Assembly: GCA_044892505.1 (NCBI GenBank)
Contig: CM097883.1
Location: forward strand, 232,376,001-232,440,000
Reading direction: 5' to 3'
DNA: 64,000 bases
DNA from: Schmidtea nova
Taxonomy: Eukaryota
Both the position numbers and the translations under genes were made by a program. Positions 60,101-64,000 of the stretch are shown here, piece after piece (position 1 is the stretch's first letter; every line of letters starts with the position of its first letter). A model generated the notes under the pieces. It saw only the letters and a list, made by a program, of their open reading frames with translations, did not search any database and was not told where the DNA came from.

Positions 60101-61609
60101 CTTGTATTATAAAATTGCCAAAATACTATATATATATATCACAATTTATCGATATTTTTTACATTGACAGTACAATATTTTGCATTTAATGATGCTGTGG
60201 TTGAACAAGAATCCTGACCGATAAATCGACTTATCTTTGAATATTTTGTAAGTTTAAAGCTTATTTCTTTAATTTTATTAATTTACCAATTGCTTCCATT
60301 TTCGCAGACTTTAATAATTTTTTCACTTAATAGAGCAATACTTTCATCTAAAAATGTATCACTCATGGTTTTTGCGGAATTTGATATTATAAATGATTGT
60401 AATTGTCCACCTTTTTTAAATTCTACATCAATGCAAAATTGTAATTTTACATACCCCATTTCAGAAATAACTGAATTAAATTTATTTAATAAAGGCGAAG
60501 GGATAATTAATTAATTTAAATTTATAGAGTTCACATCCTTTTTTACAATGGCATGTGACTTTTTCAGATTATATTTAAGCAAAGATTCAACAGAACCACC
60601 ATATTGGACAACAAATAAATTAGTAATAACTAAAACATCGTCATTTTGTGAATGAACATCTTCATCGTCGGAAAATATAATTATTTTAACCGGTTTAAGA
60701 CAATCAGTAACAGTTCGTCGTTTAAATTTACTAATTAATGAGAAAAGACTTTTCTTAGTGCATGAGAATCGATTTAAATAGAGATAATATTGAAAATAAA
60801 AATCAATATGTTATATTTTGGACACTCTTACAAATGGGACATAAAAAGAAGGATACTTAGTAATTTATAAAACGTTAGTATCGTTCCATTAATTTGTGGC
60901 AGTCGTTATGATAGTTTGTTCAGTCATATTTAAATCACCTTAAGTAAAAGTTAAATAATTTACTAAGTTAAAGATTGAGTATCATTTTCTTCAACATTTT
61001 CTAAAATCGATTTCCCAATTGAATTATTGTTATTACCTAAATTAATACTAAATGATAATAAATTAAAAAAATAAATTTACCATTTTCTTTGTCACTTGGG
61101 TTTTCGTTCATAAAACTTGTTATAGTGTTCATCTTAAATGTTTTGTATTTGTTAAAGTGAATAATGAATGAAAGATTATTGTTTATATATTAAAGTTATT
61201 ACACACATAACTTCTGACCAATAAAAATCGAGTAAGGGGTAGGAAAGTTATTATTATCAAAAAATCCGATTCAAGAAAAGAATAGAGAATTATGACTAAA
61301 CATATATTACGTTTCTGTATTTTAAAAAACTAAATAACTTTTTAAAACACTATTTGACGCTACTATTTAGTTAAAATCATATTATTTCAGGAAATAATAA
61401 TTTACATCAAAGTTTTAAAGTATTTAAATGAATTGCATACACTTAATATTATTACAATAAATTAGATGAAATATTTCAATGAATTACAGCTAAATAATGT
61501 TAAATTACAGTAATTACGTCAGTTATAAAAGTTAATAATTATTTTTGATAAAATACATTAGATTTTTCAATAACACACACACACAAAAAACGGCAACTTT
61601 TAAATTTTA

Positions 61610-62340
61610 AATCAAGTCATTTTCTAGTATTTTAAATTTTATCTATACATTATTACAATGAAAACTCAATATAGTTATTTTAAATAGCTAAAACGTACAA
61701 AGGTTATAACAAAACACGTGTGTAACACGAAAAACGACAGCTTTTCGCTTTATTATCAAGCCATTTTATAGAAAATTAAATTTATCTATACATTATTACA
61801 ATGAAAACTCAATATGGTTATTTTAAATAGCTAAAACGTACAAAAGTTATAACAAAACACGTAAGTAACACGAAAAACGATAACTCTCAGCTTTCTTATC
61901 AAGCCATTTTATAGAAAATTAAATTTTACCTATACTTTAATACAATGAAAAATAAATAATGCTACTTTATATTGTTGAAAAATTGAAAATTGAAAATAAA
62001 ACTCGTGTACATCACAAAATATGACAACTTTCAGATTTCTAATCAAGCCATTTTAATAAAAATTAAATTTTATTTATACTTTATTACAATAAAAAATCAA
62101 TAATACTACTTTATTTAGTTGAAATATACAAATTGAATTACAAAACACGTGTACATCACAAGCTTAATGACATACACAATTTTGAATCGAGCCATTTTGT
62201 AGACAATTAAATTTTATCTATACAATGTTACGATGAAGACTAAAATAAGTTATTTTAATTAGGTGAGATATACAAATTTATTGACAAAACACGTGTGTAC
62301 AACACAATACACAAGAGTTTAAGTTTTAAACAAAACCATC
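61610..62340. repeat. About 5 diverged copies of a ~143-bp tandem repeat (aaattttatctatac...aaaacacgtg...tcaagccatttt)
   Basis: Unit starts near 61636, 61778, 61921, 62064 and 62210. Confidence 0.85.
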
Positions 62341-62807
62341 TTGCAGATAATTAAATTCTGCTTATAAATTGTTACACTAAAAACCTGATCAAACCCGAAT
62401 AAAGTGTCAAAAACCCTATTAGAAAAAGCGGGAGAGTAGACAGATGTGTGCACTCCAAAACAAAGACATATAGCGTCATCGATGCATCATAGCCAATCAA
62501 AATAAAGTAGACCTAGGGGAGGCTTTTTTTGCGATACCCTCCCTCCTCCCAAAATTTATTTTTACACACACTCGATGAGTCATAAAATTTATTTAGAGGC
62601 CCGAAACTAATTTTTTTAAGTAGGCCCCCTTGTTTAAATTTTTAGATATTGTAATAATTATTTATATTAATATTAATAGGATAAATAAATGATAGTTTTG
62701 TGGTTCATTGATACCTAACATAATTATTTTTTTAATATAATACATGCCGGAAATTTTTTTATCTCACCTCCCGCTGCATGAATTTGATAGTATGGCAGAC
62801 AATTTAT

Positions 62808-64000
62808 TTAAAAATCTATGAGGCGAGCCTTTAGTGTTGAATAGCTGTCAACAATATTTTGGAAATCAAGCTGGTGAACAATTTCACATTCAATATTCAT
62901 AAGCGTTAGATCAGATAATCTCTGTTGCCCAATCGTCGACCTCAACGCATTTTTTATTTGTTTCAAATGACTAAAAGATCTTTCAACGCTACATTTAGAC
63001 ACAGACAGAGTGAGATAAATGAGTAACACAATGTATACATTCGGAAATCCTGTCTGCATGTTAAAGTTTTCAAAGTTTCCAGGATTTGTAGAGGTGTAGG
63101 TTTTCTTGGCGCTGATGGAAGTTGACTTAGCAGAGCTTGCCATTGAGTCCATTGATCATATAATTCATCAGTGAGGTCATCAGAATAAAAATCAGCAAAT
63201 TTTCTAATAGAATATATAAATGCGGTACTGTTCTTGTAAGCATAGAAAAAATGGCACCTTTTATCAACTTCTGAGTATGTTTGAATTATGATATTTAGAT
63301 CTGTTACAATTGCATCCAATATAACATAGAAAGTTTCAATTTTCAATTTCTCTTTTCCTCTTAAAACAACAGCTGCTGCTTTGCTATCATCAGCTTTTCG
63401 TTTTGGCCGATGGGCACGTTTATCTTCAAATCCTTCTTTGTACAGTTTTTGTGCAGATTGGCAAAAATAGTGTAAGTTGTTTCTTTGAGAATTTAGAAAT
63501 TCTACAAGTGATTTCAAAAGTGCAATTGCGGTACACAGATCAATAATGTTGGATTGAAACAAATAACTGGTTTCGTTTACACGGTTCAAAATGGTGTTCC
63601 AAAAACAGTTAGAAATGCTATTTCTCATTTGTCCATTTTTTTGACAAAGACATTGCTTCTACTCGCATATCAAAGTTTTGTTCTTTGTCATTGCCAAATT
63701 CATTCAAAACTGATTGGCACGTTTTGTAGTAATTAGACAAAGTGCGTAGTGAATCCGCACGAGCAGACCACCTAGTATCACTCAAAGGTTTTGAAAACAG
63801 TGCCACTGTGTATTTTTCTTGTGCCTTTTTTTTACAGCAATTTTAACATCTGCTTATCTGTATGTTGAGGCAGAAAAAATTTGTATAGTCTTTGTACAAG
63901 TCCAAAAAATGAAATTGCATCAACGCAGGACTTTGCAGCAGCAATACCAGATAAGTGTAACGAGTGTGCCATGCAGGGAATGTAAGTCACTGCCTTATTT
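62808..64000 (-). pseudogene. Second hAT transposase pseudogene (runs off the window end)
   Basis: YIPCMAHSL; KPLSDTRWSAR; LSVSKCSVERSFSHLKQIKNALRSTIGQQRLSDL; frameshifts. Confidence 0.88.

Overview
Very AT-rich eukaryotic (probably invertebrate) scaffold made almost entirely of nested transposable elements, with two N-gaps and no intact host gene that I can demonstrate. The main result is two diverged copies of an unusual enveloped Ty3/gypsy-type LTR retroelement. Element 1 (minus strand, about 1-12514) runs off the window edge. It has a 2257-codon stop-free frame that the ORF track misses because its stop lies outside the window. The frame reads Gag with 3 CCHC knuckles, two ubiquitin-like domains, an AT-hook, a Bcl-2-like (BH1/BH2-spaced, GGW) domain, an internal signal/anchor, then a chuvirus-type (gB-like, class III) glycoprotein. 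Upstream are two accessory ORFs (an IAP-type RING protein and a basic coiled-coil protein), each with a splice acceptor 2-3 nt before its ATG, a tandem-repeat leader, and a candidate 633-bp LTR carrying four related stem-loops. Element 2 (plus strand, about 32170-49060) is decayed but shows the same Gag-Ubl-Bcl2-like-Env order, followed by protease-RT-RNaseH-integrase and a second membrane ORF, so env lies BETWEEN gag and pol. Nested in element 2 are a pogo/Tigger transposon, a host DNA fragment (C2H2 zinc finger plus WASHC3/CCDC53-like) and a 3.57-kb gypsy with identical 109-bp LTRs whose PBS matches the 5' end of tRNA-Lys. Also present: Penelope-like remnants with U3-A8 variant hammerhead motifs, three Polinton-type PolB remnants, hAT, piggyBac and Tc1 remnants, a PSMA6 pseudogene insertion, and several tandem and inverted repeats. 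All protein-family calls come from motif recognition by eye; no database search was run.
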